DNA of 64,000 nt from Candidatus Latescibacterota bacterium (lineage in GTDB: Bacteria; Latescibacterota; UBA2968; UBA8231): assembly GCA_965217585.1 (NCBI GenBank), contig OZ244561.1:5728001-5792000 (forward strand), read 5' to 3'. This document shows, one piece after another, positions 38,386-48,930 of the stretch. Every line of letters begins with the position of its first letter. Position 1 is the first letter of the stretch. The translations under genes were made by a program, and so were the position numbers. The notes under the pieces were generated by a model. The model did not search any database and was not told the origin of the DNA. It saw only the letters and a list, made by a program, of their open reading frames with translations.

Positions 38386-40682
38386 ATACACCTCCAGATC
38401 AAGACGCTAAACGACGTAGCCTATTCTTTCTGATATTCGCCTTGTCGATGATCGCTTGCGGCGACGGCGACCGCCGGCCTGAAAACCAATCTTCCAATCC
38501 GCTCTATCCGTCTGGCCCGGAACAGGTCCAACGGGGCCAGATTGTGACGATTGAGGGATCTTCAGTATTGGGAGCTGAGGTGGTCATCATCGACGCGGAG
38601 CGTCTGGTGGTACTAGCCCGTGCGCCGGTAGATGACCAAGGAGGCTTCGAGGTCTCTGTGCCCCAGCGACCGAGCTACTGGTTGGGCATTTCCGGTCCCT
38701 ATATGACAACCCATGTGGACACGGCGTTCGCTTTTACGGGAGAGGCCATAACCCTCGATGAGGCCCCCGGGTCGTATGCTGCGGGCAAGGCCGCACAAGT
38801 GGTGGGCATATTGGGCGATGTCAACAACGATAATCAAGTCGATATAGCGGACGCGCTGCTCGTGCTGCTCTATACCTTAGAACGCTTCTCCTTCGTAGCA
38901 CCCAATCAAGGCAATATCGCCCTAGGCGACGTCAACGAGGACGGCCTAATAAACCTAGCGGATGTCCTGCTTATTATGACCTATATTGCGAATCCGCTTG
39001 ACCCGACGTTGCCGGATGGAATCGGTTTAGCCACTGAACAGACTACGATCGCGATTGCCGTTGAACAAGATCGAGCTGTGTTAATCGCGCTCTATGAAGC
39101 TACCGGCGGAGATAACTGGAAAGATAACACTAACTGGCTCAGCAGCACGTCCCCGCTCGATCAATGGTACGGCGTTACCACGGACGACGCGGGACGGGTC
39201 GATAGCTTAGAACTCGCCGAAAACCAGTTGACGGGACCAATACCCGAAGCGTTGGGCAATCTTAATAGCCTGCAATACCTGTCCCTCTACGACAACCAGT
39301 TGACGGGACCGATTCCCGAAACGCTCGGCCAACTCAACAACCTGCAATCCCTGTGGCTCGGCTACAACCAGTTGACGGGACCAATTCCCGAAACGCTCGG
39401 CCAACTCAACAACCTGCAATCCCTGTGGCTCGGCTACAACCAGTTGACGGGACCAATTCCCGAAACGCTCGGACAACTTGACAGCCTGCAATACCTAGAC
39501 CTCATCAACAACCAGTTGACGGGGCCGATTCCTGAAGCGTTGAGCAATCTCAACGACTTGAAACACTTGGCCCTCGCCGGCAACCAGTTGACAGGGCTGA
39601 TTCCTAGAACGCTCGGACAACTCGATAGCCTAGAACACCTGTCCCTCGCCGACAACCAGTTGACGGGAACCATTCCCGAAACACTCGGACAACTCAACAA
39701 CCTGCAATACCTAGATCTCGCCAACAACCAGTTGACGGGAACCATTCCCGAAACGCTCGGACAACTCAACAGCCTGAAACGCCTGTCCCTCGCCGACAAC
39801 CAGTTAACAGGGGAGATACCCCAAGCGTTGGGCCAACTCAACAACCTGCAATACCTAAACCTCATCGACAACCAGTTGACGGGATGCATCCCCTCAGCGT
39901 TGAAAGATGTATCGGTCTATGACTTAAACGACCCAAGGCCAGCCTTCTGCCTGCCGGGGCGTGCCGATCCCATTTCCATTTTCACCGTTAGCTTCCCGTC
40001 CAACGATGGCGTCGAGGTGAGTGCACTTTTTGGCACGGCCCAGGACGGCGAATCGCTGCCAGTGGTAATCCTCCTGCACGATCTGGGGGGGAGCAAAGCC
40101 GACTGGATGAACAACACCGGCACGTACGTGGCCTTGCTCGAGCGCGGCTACTCCGTCTTGGCCATCGACATGCGCGGGCACGGCGACACCCCGATACCTG
40201 ATGACCGACAGTTCTTGGAAGTGATCGATATAGAACTGAGCTATCGCGATGTCGAAGCCGCGATGGCCTGGCTGCCGAGCCAGTCTGAGATCGATGTCAG
40301 CCGCATCGCGGTCGTGGGCAGTGGCTCGGGGGGGAATGTGGCCTACGTGAGTTCGGGCCTTCTCCCCGAGCAAATAAAAACCAGTGTCTCCCTCTCGCCA
40401 GGGCTGTGGCACGCCTCTTCGTTTGAACCGGTGGTCACCGGGGCCGGCCTCGAACCGTTTGACCCGCGGTCCATACTCTTTATGGCGGCCGATAAAGACC
40501 AAATTGATACCGGGGACGTCATTCTCAGCTATGCCGAGTTCGCTCGCAGCCTAGAGGCGCTGACGGCCGAGCCAAAAGACTTGCGCATTTTTCCAGACTC
40601 GGCCGACCACGGCTTTGAATTGCTCGACAATATCGCCGAGGCGCATGATCTGTTCTTCCTCTGGTTGGAGGAACACCTCTAG
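38382..40682 (+). CDS. Lipoprotein with dockerin-like domain, 10 plant-type LRRs and an alpha/beta-hydrolase domain
   Basis: Lipobox MIAC; two GDVNxDxxV/IxxxD repeats; LRR cap DRAVLIALYEATGG..W; ten 24-aa NQLTGxIP repeats; LLHDLGG, IDMRGHG, DHG. Confidence 0.85.
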   Translation: MNTPPDQDAKRRSLFFLIFALSMIACGDGDRRPENQSSNPLYPSGPEQVQRGQIVTIEGSSVLGAEVVIIDAERLVVLARAPVDDQGGFEVSVPQRPSYWLGISGPYMTTHVDTAFAFTGEAITLDEAPGSYAAGKAAQVVGILGDVNNDNQVDIADALLVLLYTLERFSFVAPNQGNIALGDVNEDGLINLADVLLIMTYIANPLDPTLPDGIGLATEQTTIAIAVEQDRAVLIALYEATGGDNWKDNTNWLSSTSPLDQWYGVTTDDAGRVDSLELAENQLTGPIPEALGNLNSLQYLSLYDNQLTGPIPETLGQLNNLQSLWLGYNQLTGPIPETLGQLNNLQSLWLGYNQLTGPIPETLGQLDSLQYLDLINNQLTGPIPEALSNLNDLKHLALAGNQLTGLIPRTLGQLDSLEHLSLADNQLTGTIPETLGQLNNLQYLDLANNQLTGTIPETLGQLNSLKRLSLADNQLTGEIPQALGQLNNLQYLNLIDNQLTGCIPSALKDVSVYDLNDPRPAFCLPGRADPISIFTVSFPSNDGVEVSALFGTAQDGESLPVVILLHDLGGSKADWMNNTGTYVALLERGYSVLAIDMRGHGDTPIPDDRQFLEVIDIELSYRDVEAAMAWLPSQSEIDVSRIAVVGSGSGGNVAYVSSGLLPEQIKTSVSLSPGLWHASSFEPVVTGAGLEPFDPRSILFMAADKDQIDTGDVILSYAEFARSLEALTAEPKDLRIFPDSADHGFELLDNIAEAHDLFFLWLEEHL
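39205..39895 (+). repeat. 72-bp tandem repeats encoding the LRR units
   Basis: AACCAGTTGACGGG-type motif recurs every 72 nt; two adjacent units near 39295-39470 are almost identical. Confidence 0.9.
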
Positions 40683-40803
40683 TAATACTCCATCTGCGGT
40701 ACCCAGCACATGGCCCCGCGAATTGTTCAATGACGCCATATGGCCTATCTTATATGGCAATATAGCCTTAGTTCCTTCGCAGAAAGGAGAACGTGCTCCC
40801 ACC

Positions 40804-41319
40804 ATGTCTCCGTCGTCTAAGAAAAAAGATAAACCCATGGGTACCTATGTTTGGGCTTCCGAAGGCGCGAAGCCTTTGGCCGCTTCAACCATCAGCGCGG
40901 ACGCCCCCAGCGGACCTTCTTATGGAGCCTCTGCGGGACTGTCGTTCAAAGATACCGGCACTTTGATCCGCCAACTCAAGCGCGGGCTGCCGATGACCGC
41001 TTTTGACCACCTTCAAGGTGCCATGGCCGTACCAGCCAAGACGTTGGCCAGCGCGGCTAATATCGCGGTTCGGACGCTCAATCGCCGCCGCAAAGAAGGC
41101 CGCCTCCAGACCGATGAATCCGAGCGTTTATTCCGCATTGCCGCCCTGTACGACCGGGCAATTGAAGTCTTAGGCGACCAAGAGCGGGCGAGGGCGTGGT
41201 TCAAAGAGCCGAAGAAGGCCCTCGGCATGAAGACGCCATTGCAATACGCCGACACCGAGCCTGGTGCCCGCGAGGTCGAAAATCTCCTTGGTCGCCTCGA
41301 GTACGGTGTATTTTCGTGA
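40804..41319 (+). CDS. Xre/MbcA/ParS-type antitoxin (DUF2384)
   Basis: RTLNRRRKEGRL..DESERL, ARAWF..P..ALG..TPL, LGRLEYGVFS. Confidence 0.88.
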   Translation: MSPSSKKKDKPMGTYVWASEGAKPLAASTISADAPSGPSYGASAGLSFKDTGTLIRQLKRGLPMTAFDHLQGAMAVPAKTLASAANIAVRTLNRRRKEGRLQTDESERLFRIAALYDRAIEVLGDQERARAWFKEPKKALGMKTPLQYADTEPGAREVENLLGRLEYGVFS

Positions 41320-41786
41320 TCATCCGGGCTTGGCGCATCGTCCAGATGCGCTTCGCGGATCGGGCTTTTGAAGGGGAAGGAGCGCGTCTTTTCGGGGGAC
41401 GTTGGAATCGCCGGGGCACCCCTATCATCTACACTGCGGAATCGCTGTCGTTGGCCATGCTCGAAATCCTCGTCAACCTCGACTCCGCCGCAACCCTTGA
41501 CCGATATCTGAGCATTCCAGTCGAATTTGACGACAGCCTGTGCAAGGTACTGGCATTGGACGCCTTGCCCGATAATTGGGCATCCGATCCGGTGCCGCCA
41601 AACGTCCAAGAGATGGGGTCTAGTTGGGCCGCCGCTCGTGAATCAGCAGTGCTCGTCGTTCCCAGTGCCGTCGTTTCGCAGGAACACAATTTCCTTTTAA
41701 ATCCACAGCATCCCGACTTCGCGCAAATACGCATCGGCCGCTCCACTGAATTCGACTTCGACCAGAGGCTAATCAGGGGATTTTAA
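41316..41786 (+). CDS. RES-domain toxin (NAD+ phosphorylase type)
   Basis: AWRI, GGRWN, YTAESLSLAMLE, VPSAV, NFLLNP; GTGA overlap with the antitoxin. Confidence 0.9.
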   Translation: MIIRAWRIVQMRFADRAFEGEGARLFGGRWNRRGTPIIYTAESLSLAMLEILVNLDSAATLDRYLSIPVEFDDSLCKVLALDALPDNWASDPVPPNVQEMGSSWAAARESAVLVVPSAVVSQEHNFLLNPQHPDFAQIRIGRSTEFDFDQRLIRGF

Positions 41787-41906
41787 GGCAAATGCGGTTT
41801 AGTTTGCGGATTTCAAACCGAGACCCTACCATAAATCTCCCCGGCAGATCGTCTGTCCGCGGGCTGTTCGCTTGCTTCAGTCCCCTATCTCGATCAAATA
41901 AAAACC

Positions 41907-42881
41907 ATGTTCAAAGCACTCATCTTACATGAGCACTCCGCTCTCATCGAAGAACTCGACGAAAGCCGCCTGCCCGCCGGCGACGTAGAAATCGCCGTCG
42001 CCTATTCCTCACTCAACTACAAGGACGGGCTTGTCCTCAATGGCTTGGGCGGCTTGGTCAAAACCTACCCCCACGTCCCCGGCCTTGACCTCGCCGGCAC
42101 CGTCGTCCACAGCCAGAGCAACCAGTTCCAACCCGGCGACCAAGTTATATGCACGGGTTGGCGCGTCGGCGAAATCCACTGGGGCGGCTACGCGCAAAAG
42201 GCGCGGCTCAAGGCCGACTGGCTCGTGCCGCTGCCCGCCGGCCTGACCCTGCGCAATGCCATGGGATTAGGTGCCGCGGGCCTGACCGCGGCCATCTCCT
42301 TAGAAGCGCTCGAAGCCCACGGCCTCACGCCCGCAAAAGGCGAGGTCCTCGTCACCGGCGCGGCCGGCGGCGTCGGCTCCTTATCCGTTCTGCTGCTCGC
42401 CTCGCTGGGCTACCAAGTCGCCGCATCCACTGGCCGCCCCGAACTCGAACCCTATCTAAAAGATCTCGGCGCCCAGACCATCATCCCGCGCCAAGACCTC
42501 GCCGAGCCATCCAACAAACCCTTGGAAAGTGCGCGCTGGGCCGCCTGCATCGACTCGGTCGGCGGTACCACGCTAGCCCGCGTCTTGGCCCAAATGGCCT
42601 ATGGGGGTTCCGTCGCCTCGGTGGGCTTAGCCGGCGGGGCCCAACTCGCAACTACCGTCATCCCCTTCTTGCTGCGCGGCGCCAACATCCTCGGCATCGA
42701 CTCCGTGTTCTACCCAGCCGAGCGCCGCGCTGCCGCTTGGGCGCGCTTGGCCACTGAACTGCCCTTGGAAAAATTAGATCTGATCTGCACTGAGGTCGGT
42801 TTAGCCGACGTCCCCCGCCTCGGCAAGGACATCTTAGCGGGCAAAGTGCAGGGGCGCGTCATCGTCAATCCCAATCAGTAA
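41907..42881 (+). CDS. acuI: Acryloyl-CoA reductase AcuI/YhdH-family MDR oxidoreductase
   Basis: YSSLNYKDGL, VTGAAGGVGS, TTVIPFLLRG..LGIDSV. Confidence 0.85.
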   Translation: MFKALILHEHSALIEELDESRLPAGDVEIAVAYSSLNYKDGLVLNGLGGLVKTYPHVPGLDLAGTVVHSQSNQFQPGDQVICTGWRVGEIHWGGYAQKARLKADWLVPLPAGLTLRNAMGLGAAGLTAAISLEALEAHGLTPAKGEVLVTGAAGGVGSLSVLLLASLGYQVAASTGRPELEPYLKDLGAQTIIPRQDLAEPSNKPLESARWAACIDSVGGTTLARVLAQMAYGGSVASVGLAGGAQLATTVIPFLLRGANILGIDSVFYPAERRAAAWARLATELPLEKLDLICTEVGLADVPRLGKDILAGKVQGRVIVNPNQ

Positions 42882-42894
42882 GGAAAAACTCGCT

Positions 42895-43878
42895 ATGCGC
42901 CGACTAACGCTTCTACTCCTCACCCTCGCCGCCACCCAAGCTGGAGCCGACGACAACATGCCCGGTACCGACCGCATCACCTACTTCGGCTACGAAGACT
43001 GCATCCTCCTCGAAAACGACCATACCCGCGTCGTCCTCACCTCATCGGCCGGCCGCGTTCTCGAATACTCGCGCAAAGGCCCCAACGCCATCTACCTCGA
43101 CCCCGCGCAAGAAGGCGCAACCTTTGAGGGCGGCGATCCTCCCTTCGGCCCCACTGGCGGCCGCCTCGACATCGGCCCAGAAATGGTCATTCCCGCTCAT
43201 CCCGACCTCTGGCTTGGGCAGTGGGAAAGCCAGATCACCGGCCCGCGCTCGGCGCGCCTGATCAGCAAAAAGGACGAGCCTACCGGCGTCCAACTCATCC
43301 GCGACTTCCAGCTCGCCGAGGACTCCACGCACTTGAGCGTCACCCAGACCATCAAAAACGTCTCCGACAGCGAAAAGCACTGGGGCCACTGGAGCCGCAC
43401 CTTTGGCACCGGCGGCGGCATCGTACTCATCCCCTTGACGCCTAAGAGCCGCTTCCCGGATTCCTATGTCATGTACGGCCCTGGCCCGGTCATCAACTAC
43501 CGCCCCGAAGACCCCAATATCCGCATCCGCGACAACTTCCTCGAAGTCCTCTCCACTCCGCTCAGAGCCAAGCTCGGCATGGACTCGCAAGCCGGGTGGT
43601 TCGCCTATCTCGACCGCAACGACCTGCTGTGGGTCAAGCGCTATCCGGTGTACCCCGACCGCCCCTACGGCGAACTGGCCGGGCTGACCATCTCGATATG
43701 GTATTACAAGGATCTAATGTGCGAGTTAGAGCCAATCGGCCCGCGCGAGGACATACCGCCCGGCGGCGAAGCCTCCTTCACCGAGGACTGGTGGCTCCTG
43801 CCCTACACCTATCCCCAAGACGGCAGCGACCTCGATCTCGAAGCCATCAGCGCACTGGTGGAGCAAGAGGTGCGATGA
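42895..43878 (+). CDS. Secreted hypothetical protein (aldose-epimerase-like beta-sandwich)
   Basis: Signal peptide; GRVLEYS, ELEPIGP, FTEDWWL; host codon usage. Confidence 0.6.
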   Translation: MRRLTLLLLTLAATQAGADDNMPGTDRITYFGYEDCILLENDHTRVVLTSSAGRVLEYSRKGPNAIYLDPAQEGATFEGGDPPFGPTGGRLDIGPEMVIPAHPDLWLGQWESQITGPRSARLISKKDEPTGVQLIRDFQLAEDSTHLSVTQTIKNVSDSEKHWGHWSRTFGTGGGIVLIPLTPKSRFPDSYVMYGPGPVINYRPEDPNIRIRDNFLEVLSTPLRAKLGMDSQAGWFAYLDRNDLLWVKRYPVYPDRPYGELAGLTISIWYYKDLMCELEPIGPREDIPPGGEASFTEDWWLLPYTYPQDGSDLDLEAISALVEQEVR

Positions 43879-43904
43879 GCATAAAAAGCAGCGGCTAATC
43901 CAGC

Positions 43905-43965
43905 CAGCATGACACTAGGAAGCAGAGCACCAGCACTTGTCATGCTGAGCGGAGCGAAGCATCTC
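43905..43965. repeat. REP-like palindromic element between convergent genes
   Basis: Inverted repeat CAGCATGACA (43905-43914) / TGTCATGCTG (43938-43947), running into GTCATGCTGAGCGGAGCGAAGCATCTC. The tail CGAAGCATCTC also occurs at 483-493. Confidence 0.55.
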
Positions 43966-43988
43966 AGACCACCTCCACTGTCGTGTAC

Positions 43989-45200
43989 TTAGGCCGCCAG
44001 AATCTTCTCGTACACCTCCATCCGCTCGCCCTCGCGCTCTGCTGGATCGGCCAGCTTGAGCCAGACCGCCTGATCCTTTTTGCCCGCGGCGACCTCCTGC
44101 ACAGCGCCCGCTTGCCCGGGATCAGGCCCGCTCCAAATCACCTCGCCGTCCTGTAAAAAGACATAATTGCCAGCGTGGGCGTCCCAAATCCGCTCGTGGT
44201 GGTCCCGATAAAAGAGCGCCTGCTCGCTGGCTGTCTGCCGCAGCCGCGCGATCTGCTCCGCCGGATCGACCAGTGCCGAGTCGAATTCTGCTACCGGTGG
44301 CGTCAGGCCCTCCATGGCAAAGTCGATTTCGTCCAAGTCCACCGTCCCAAAGCCGTGCTCGGCGGCGACCGCCACCGGGCTGCGGTCACGGCGGAAGGGC
44401 GGCGTCGGCCAATCGAGCCGAGGATCGGTGCCCATCAGGTACGAGCCGCAGGCGTCGGTGGCAATGACGTGATCGCCGGCCACCAAACAGTCGGCGATCC
44501 GGCCCTCGCCGCCCCACTCCATGCGCGCTTGACCGGTCAACCCGTCGATGATGTTGAGGCAAGGCTGGGCAATCAGCCCCAAGTCGGGCAGGACATACGA
44601 GAGGCGGATGACGTGGTGGAAGTAGGAGCGCAAGCGGCCGTGCGGCGGAATCGGTGGCAGGCCGAAGAGATTTTTCAGGCACAGGGTGATGCCCATAAAA
44701 CCGTGATTTTTCATCTTGGCCAGCGAGACAAAGGCATCGGCCTCACCCAAGGCGGCCGAGAGCTGGTACTCGGAAAACATGATCCCGCCGTTAGGCACTT
44801 TGTAGCGCTCAAAGGGCGGGTCGCCAGCCTCGACGTATTCGACGCCAAATTCCTCCAAGATCGGCCTAGCGTTGAAATCGTCGCCAGGGCGCTCGCCCGC
44901 AGGCGAGAAGCTGGTATCGAGCGCGAAGATTTCCGCGTCGCTACGCGCCCGCAAAAGCCGCAGCACCGCCCGCATCACGTCGTCGTCCACCAGTTCCTGA
45001 CGCCGCCCGCCGATCCGGCGGATGCTATTGGTGCGCATCTGCATATTGATCTTGATGCCAATCCGCCGCGCCTTTTCGATCTTGGCCCACGACCGGCTCA
45101 GCGGCGCGGTGATTTCCACTAGCCTGTCGTAGATCTCATCGGGTGAGGCCCGGTGGCTACAGTGGGTGGCGCGGACTGCGTAGTCTTTCTGACTGTTCAT
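43989..45200 (-). CDS. DUF362 domain protein
   Basis: IGIKIN, LAKMKNHGFMGITLCLKNLFG, IIDGL, DHVIATD. Confidence 0.8.
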   Translation of the reverse strand: MNSQKDYAVRATHCSHRASPDEIYDRLVEITAPLSRSWAKIEKARRIGIKINMQMRTNSIRRIGGRRQELVDDDVMRAVLRLLRARSDAEIFALDTSFSPAGERPGDDFNARPILEEFGVEYVEAGDPPFERYKVPNGGIMFSEYQLSAALGEADAFVSLAKMKNHGFMGITLCLKNLFGLPPIPPHGRLRSYFHHVIRLSYVLPDLGLIAQPCLNIIDGLTGQARMEWGGEGRIADCLVAGDHVIATDACGSYLMGTDPRLDWPTPPFRRDRSPVAVAAEHGFGTVDLDEIDFAMEGLTPPVAEFDSALVDPAEQIARLRQTASEQALFYRDHHERIWDAHAGNYVFLQDGEVIWSGPDPGQAGAVQEVAAGKKDQAVWLKLADPAEREGERMEVYEKILAA

Positions 45201-45340
45201 AGCTTCTAATCCTCCCGATTATGAGTTGACTCGGACAAGTTGCACACCGGGCCGCCGATTGACAAGGATTGGCGGCGCTCGTTATGTACTTAAATGTTTA
45301 ACCTCCACTCCCTCTTTACCAAGATCAAGGCAGACTAACC

Positions 45341-47503
45341 GTGTCCAACCTCCGCATGCAGCTTCCTTGCGCCTTTCTTGGTCTCCTGCTCGCTGTTTCC
45401 AGCGCCTACCCAGCCGATTGGCCCTCTTGGCGCGGCCCGGCGCAAAATGGCGTCTCCGAGGAGACCGGCATCGTCGAATCCTGGTCGCCTATCTGGCACG
45501 CCGAATTTACCGGCCGCTCGACTCCCATCGTCCTCGACGGACGAGTATTCGTCATCGGCCGTCGCGGCGAGGGCATCGCCCAAGAGGGCGTCGTCGCCGC
45601 CTTTGACGCCCAAGACGGCAGCCTGCTCTGGGAGCACGCCTACAACATCTTCCACACCACCATTCCCTTCAACCGCGTCGGCTGGGCCAGCCTCGCTGGC
45701 GACCCAGAAACCGGCTATATCTATGGCCATACCGTCAGCGGACTGTTCTTTTGCTTCGACCGCGACGGCAAGGTCGTCTGGTCGCGCTCGCTGACCGAGG
45801 AATTCGGGCGCATCTCCGGCTACGGCGGGCGCATCCACACGCCTGTCGTCGATGAAGACCTAGTCATCATCAGCTATCTCAGTTCCAATTGGGGCAGCCA
45901 CACTCCGGGTCGCCATCGCTATTTCGCCTTTGACAAGCGCAGCGGCGAAGCCGTCTGGATCGCCACCCCAGGAGGCCGGCCGCTCGACACCACGTACTCC
46001 GTGCCCGTCGTCGCCACCATCAACGGCGTCCGCCTGCTCATCGGCGGCAACGCCGACGGCTCCATCTATGCCATGAAAATCCACACCGGCGAGATGGTGT
46101 GGGGCTTCAAGCTCAGCCGTCGCGGCATCAACTCCTCGGTCGTCGTCGCTGGCGACAAGGTGTACGCGGCCCACAGTGAGGAAAACCTCGACAACACCGC
46201 CCTCGGCCGCGTCGTGTGCATCGACGCCACCGGCCAAGGCGACGTTACGAACACCCACGAAGTCTGGCGCTACGATGGCGTTTTCGCCGGTTATACCAGC
46301 CCGGTAGTCCACGACGGCCGCTTGTACATCATCGACAACTCGGCCAACATCCACGCGCTCGACGCCGCCAGCGGCCAAGTACACTGGATCCACAACATCG
46401 GCACTGTCGGCAAGGGATCGCCCGTGTGGGCCGATGGCCGGCTCTACGCGCCAGAGGTCAACGGCCGCTTCGCCATCGTCGCCCCTAGCAGCGACACCGC
46501 CGAGACCCTCGACCTTGCCGAGATTGCAATGCCCGACGGCCGCCCAGCCGAACTGTTCAGCTCGCCCGCCATAGCCTACAGCCGCATCTACCTTTCCACC
46601 GAGGCCGGTGTTTACTGTCTCGGCGACCCAGCGGCGCAGTTCAAGGTCGCAGCGACTGAAGCCAACTATCCACGCGAGCAAGCTCCCGCAGGCGCAACAC
46701 CGGCGCACCTACAAATCATCCCCGCCGAAGTCGTCGCCCAGCCTGGAGCCCGCGTGCCATTCCACGCCCGAGCCTTCGACGCGCATGGCCGCCTGATCGG
46801 CCCGGTCGCAGCCGAATGGTCGCTCGCCGGTGCGGTCGGCCAACTCGACGACAATATGCTTATCCTCGCGGACGCACCCAGTGGCGGCAAAATCGTCGCC
46901 AGCGCCGGCGAATTAACCGCCGAGGCGCGCATCGCCGTACTACCACCGCCGACCTACAGCGAAGACTTCGGGGGATTCGCCGCCGATGCCTCACCGGTGT
47001 GGGTCGGCACGGGCAGCAAATTCAAGGTGCGCGAAATGGAAGGCAACAAGGTGCTAGTCAAACCGCCCGCCGCCCGCGGCCTGCATCGCGCCAACACCTA
47101 TCTCGGCGCGCCCGAGCAGGCTGGCTACACCATCCAAGCCGACCTACTCGGCACCAAGAAGCGCCGCGCCGTCCCCGACATGGGCCTGATCGCGAATCGC
47201 TACACCCTCGACCTGATGGGCTACCACCAGCAGTTGCAGATCCGCACTTGGGCCGCCGAGCTGCGGATGGCCAAAACCGTGCCCTTCGCCTGGGAGACCG
47301 ACGTCTGGTACACCATGAAGATGCAGGTGGAAATCGAAGGCGATACAGTCCATATCCGCGGCAAAGTCTGGCCCCGCGACGAGCCGGAGCCAGCTAGGTG
47401 GAGCATCCAAGCGATCGATCCTCTGCCCAACCGCAGCGGCAGCCCCGGCATCTACGGCTATTCCCCCGCCGAAATCTACTACGACAACCTGAAAGTTTGG
47501 TAA
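45341..47503 (+). CDS. Secreted PQQ-like beta-propeller protein with C-terminal Ig-like and beta-sandwich domains
   Basis: Signal peptide, DWPSWRGP start, repeated S/TP..G.VY and D..TGE..W blades. Confidence 0.82.
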   Translation: MSNLRMQLPCAFLGLLLAVSSAYPADWPSWRGPAQNGVSEETGIVESWSPIWHAEFTGRSTPIVLDGRVFVIGRRGEGIAQEGVVAAFDAQDGSLLWEHAYNIFHTTIPFNRVGWASLAGDPETGYIYGHTVSGLFFCFDRDGKVVWSRSLTEEFGRISGYGGRIHTPVVDEDLVIISYLSSNWGSHTPGRHRYFAFDKRSGEAVWIATPGGRPLDTTYSVPVVATINGVRLLIGGNADGSIYAMKIHTGEMVWGFKLSRRGINSSVVVAGDKVYAAHSEENLDNTALGRVVCIDATGQGDVTNTHEVWRYDGVFAGYTSPVVHDGRLYIIDNSANIHALDAASGQVHWIHNIGTVGKGSPVWADGRLYAPEVNGRFAIVAPSSDTAETLDLAEIAMPDGRPAELFSSPAIAYSRIYLSTEAGVYCLGDPAAQFKVAATEANYPREQAPAGATPAHLQIIPAEVVAQPGARVPFHARAFDAHGRLIGPVAAEWSLAGAVGQLDDNMLILADAPSGGKIVASAGELTAEARIAVLPPPTYSEDFGGFAADASPVWVGTGSKFKVREMEGNKVLVKPPAARGLHRANTYLGAPEQAGYTIQADLLGTKKRRAVPDMGLIANRYTLDLMGYHQQLQIRTWAAELRMAKTVPFAWETDVWYTMKMQVEIEGDTVHIRGKVWPRDEPEPARWSIQAIDPLPNRSGSPGIYGYSPAEIYYDNLKVW

Positions 47504-48930
47504 TGCATACAGCTACGCGCAGCCTCAGCCTCATCCTCGCCCTAACCGTTTCCGCTAGCGCTCAAACCGCGATGTGGGGCGGCTCGCCGGGGCGCAACCA
47601 AGCCTCGGACGAGCAAAACCTGCCCACCACTTGGGACACTGAAACCGGCGAAAACGTCAAGTGGCGCGCCACCCTCGGCTCGCAGACCTACGGCGGCCCC
47701 CTGATCGTCGGCGACAAAATTTTCGTCGGCACCAACAACCAGGCCGAGCGCGATCCCAACCACAAGGGCGACCGCGGGGTGGTGATGGCTTTTAACCGCG
47801 CCGACGGTGCCTTCCTCTGGCAAATCGCCCATCCCAAGCTGCCGGCTGGCCGCGTCAACGACTGGCCGCAGCAGGGCGTCTGCTCTACTCCTTTTGTCTC
47901 CGGCGACCGCCTCTACTATATCTCCAACCGCGCCGAAGTCGTATGCCTCGACACCGAGGGATTTTTAGACAGCGAGAACGACGGCCCCATCGCCGACGAA
48001 ACCGCCACCGCGCCCACCAACGCGGATCTGATCTGGAAATTCGACATGATCGCCGAGTTGGACGTCTTCCCCCACAACCTCGCCACCAGCTCGCCCATAG
48101 GCGTGGACGGCCGCCTCTTCGCCCTGACCAGCAACGGCGTGGACGAGGGCCACGTCCACATCCCGGCCCCCTTTGCCCCCAGCTTCATCGCCCTCGACAT
48201 GCAGACCGGCAGCCTCATCTGGGACAGCGACCTGCCCGGCGACCAGATTCTGCACGGCCAGTGGTCCAACCCCGCCTACGGCGAAGCCGGTGGCCGCAAG
48301 CAAGTGATCTTCCCCGGCGGCGACGGCTGGGTCTATGCCCTCGCGCCCGACACCGGCGAGCTGATCTGGAAATTCGACTGCAACCCCAAGGATTCGGTCT
48401 GGGAATTGGGCGGCCGCGGCACCCGCAACAACCTCGTCTCAACGCCCGTCTTCCACGACGGCATAGTCTATCTCGGCGTCGGCCAAGACCCCGAGCACGG
48501 CGAAGGCGAGGGGCACCTGTGGGCCATCGACGCCAGCGGCACCGGCGACATCACCGAGACAGGCGCGATCTGGCACTTCGGCGGCGAACACTACAACCGC
48601 ACCATCTCGACCGTCGCCATTGCCGACGGCCTGCTCTACACCGCCGACCTAAGCGGTTTCGTCTATTGCCTCGACGCCAAGACCGGCACCCACCACTGGA
48701 CCCACGACACGTTCGCCGCGATCTGGGGCTCGCCCTTTGTCGCCGACGGCAAGGTCTATATAGGTGACGAGGACGGCGACATCGATATTCTCAAGGCCGG
48801 CAAAACGCTCGAAGTACTACTCGAAACAAATCTGGGCAGCGCTGTGTACACCACCCCGGTCGCCTACGACGGCGTCCTCTACATTGCCTCTCGCAACACC
48901 CTCTTCGCCATCGCGGAAGAGAGCCCATGA
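47503..48930 (+). CDS. Secreted PQQ-like beta-propeller protein
   Basis: Signal peptide, WGGSPGRN, W-docking blades; TAATG coupling to the upstream gene. Confidence 0.82.
   Translation: MHTATRSLSLILALTVSASAQTAMWGGSPGRNQASDEQNLPTTWDTETGENVKWRATLGSQTYGGPLIVGDKIFVGTNNQAERDPNHKGDRGVVMAFNRADGAFLWQIAHPKLPAGRVNDWPQQGVCSTPFVSGDRLYYISNRAEVVCLDTEGFLDSENDGPIADETATAPTNADLIWKFDMIAELDVFPHNLATSSPIGVDGRLFALTSNGVDEGHVHIPAPFAPSFIALDMQTGSLIWDSDLPGDQILHGQWSNPAYGEAGGRKQVIFPGGDGWVYALAPDTGELIWKFDCNPKDSVWELGGRGTRNNLVSTPVFHDGIVYLGVGQDPEHGEGEGHLWAIDASGTGDITETGAIWHFGGEHYNRTISTVAIADGLLYTADLSGFVYCLDAKTGTHHWTHDTFAAIWGSPFVADGKVYIGDEDGDIDILKAGKTLEVLLETNLGSAVYTTPVAYDGVLYIASRNTLFAIAEESP

Noticed and set aside
39205-39895. 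Regular 72-bp repeats as a possible CRISPR array
   Set aside because: They are in-frame LRR coding units with no unique spacers, and no cas genes are present.
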